A DNA stretch of 63,797 nucleotides, the filler included, from Guillardia theta CCMP2712 (taxonomy: Eukaryota > Protista > Cryptophyta), in NCBI RefSeq assembly GCF_000315625.1. It is 6 parts of 6 records of this genome, joined end to end, with 100 filler letters (N's around TTAATTAATTAA, not from the genome) between each part and the next. Parts side by side here need not be neighbours in the genome. Positions count along the whole stretch, not along the records: positions 62,359 to 63,797 come from NW_005434581.1; 5 more parts are not named here. One strand, given 5' to 3'. The position numbers were made by a program, and so were the translations under genes. Shown here in pieces: positions 62,613 to 63,797 of this stretch (position 1 is its first letter; the number at the start of each line of letters is the position of its first letter). A model generated the notes under the pieces. The model worked only from the letters and a program-made list of their open reading frames with translations, ran no database searches and was not told the origin of the DNA.

Positions 62613-63065
62613 GTGGAAGAGTTGCACCAGGCGAAGATGAAGTTGGAGCAAGGACTCCCTCCCACGGAGGAGGCGGAGAGAGAGTGGGAGAGGATGCTGA
62701 GGAAGAAGGAGATGAGGCAGGAGATGATCGCACGGCGACAGGAGGAGGTGCGGCAAATGCAGGGGGAGCTCCAGACAACCGGTAACCCTCCCTCCCTCCC
62801 TCCCTCCCTCCCTCCCTCCTTCCTCCTCCTCCTTCTCCTCCTCCTTCTCCTTCTCCTTCTCCTTCTCCTCCTGCTCCTTCTTTTTCCTCCTCCTGCTCCT
62901 CCTCCTCTAACTTCGCTTCCAGCCATTCCTCGCCCCAACGCCTACATGCCCGAGGACTTGGCGCTTCCTCGCCCCTACGGCGCCATGGCGCCTTTCAAGC
63001 CATCGGAGCCAGGGGCGAGCATGCGGCACATCGTCAAACCCCAGCCGAGAGAGATCGAGATCTGA
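62613..63065 (+). CDS. CCDC146: CCDC146/MBO2-like ciliary coiled-coil protein, last two exons
   Basis: [60 protein letters not shown] matches the conserved CCDC146 C-terminus as I recall it. Confidence 0.85.
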   Translation: MEELHQAKMKLEQGLPPTEEAEREWERMLRKKEMRQEMIARRQEEVRQMQGELQTTGNPPSLPPSLPPSFLLLLLLLLLLLLLLLLLLLLFPPPAPPPLTSLPAIPRPNAYMPEDLALPRPYGAMAPFKPSEPGASMRHIVKPQPREIEI

Positions 63066-63498
63066 GACAGAGCTTGCAAACATGTTGCTCTACATTCTTC
63101 GTTGTGGTCGTCTTTCATCGTTCTTCGTCATTCATCGTTCTTGTTGTTGTTCTTTGAGAACGTAATGGCGACGATGATGCGGGAGATGGAGATGATTGTG
63201 ATGTGATATATCATCATCTCATTCTATTGTTACTTTGATCGCTCTCGATCAATCTTCTTGTCAATTGCTTTCCATCCAGTCGAATTACATCTTTTCTTTA
63301 CTTTCAACGTGTTGTCCTCCCTACACTTCAACAAACCATTCTATCTCCGCGCTTTTAAACATCTCTAACAACCTGATGCCTCCCCCCTCCTCTTCTCCCC
63401 TCCCTTCTTCTCTATCTCGATCTTTCCTCTACAAGTCAGCAGAGTTCCTCGTAACTCCCCCCTTCTCCTCTACTCGCCGCGGAGTTTCTCGCACAATT

Positions 63499-63797
63499 TT
63501 ACATGGGAGGAACGTAAAGGTCCCCGTAGATCTCGAAACCCTGAAGATACCTGCAGAACAATGTCAAGAAAACGTAGAAAGGAGGAGGAGAAAGAGGCAG
63601 GAGGAGGAGGAGGAGGAGGAGGAGGAGGGGAAGGGAACACGCGGGAGGGTGAGAGGGGTGTGGAAGAGCAGGTTGGGTTTCGAAAGGAGGAAGAAGTGAA
63701 GAGCGAGGATGTGTGCGAAGTCAAAGTTACATGCTGGTGCTGTAGGGCATCCGGTTGGAGAGCAGGCGGAGGCGAAAAACTCTGAGAACTTGTTGAG
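63499..63797 (-). CDS. 3' end of a gene ending in a discoidin/F5-8-like motif (as in HECTD1 and some BTB proteins)
   Basis: Spliced reading RVFRLRLLSNRMPYSTSM|YLQGFEIYGDLYVPPM*. Confidence 0.5.

Noticed and set aside
13712-63065. Apparent ciliary gene cluster (dynein, CCP5, KIF12-like, CCDC146)
   Set aside because: The genes lie on different concatenated scaffolds; only dynein and CCP5 are truly adjacent.

Overview
Eukaryotic nuclear DNA from a flagellated alga with short introns, probably a cryptophyte (Guillardia/Hanusia-like; an inference, not a database match). The window joins six scaffold pieces with artificial 100-bp N-TTAATTAATTAA-N linkers, so gene order across the linkers is meaningless. 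Piece 1 (1-13354) has no recognisable gene. It holds four arrays of a GC-rich 332-bp satellite packed with TGAC/GTCA palindromes. The arrays are interrupted by ~2.4-2.5 kb non-coding elements with CAT(T/G)CC...GG(A/C)ATG terminal inverted repeats, and three of their junctions fall in the same ~14-bp stretch of the satellite unit with at most a 1-bp target duplication. This satellite plus satellite-targeting TIR family is the best candidate for an undescribed system. The other pieces carry intron-rich genes: axonemal dynein heavy chain (3' part), CCP5/AGBL5, a signal-peptide CBM48 coiled-coil protein, a collagen-like membrane protein, a protein with a duplicated unknown domain, a HAD/FCP1-like phosphatase, a PDZ protein, a Zn2Cys6 factor, a ZCCHC17-like S1 protein, Nup155, a >3300-aa intronless Cys-rich/beta-propeller repeat protein, an LRR protein, a KIF12-like kinesin and CCDC146. 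Intergenic DNA is patterned into short-motif domains (TACCCC tracts, CCGG/GAGTC islands). Exon boundaries were read by eye and are approximate.
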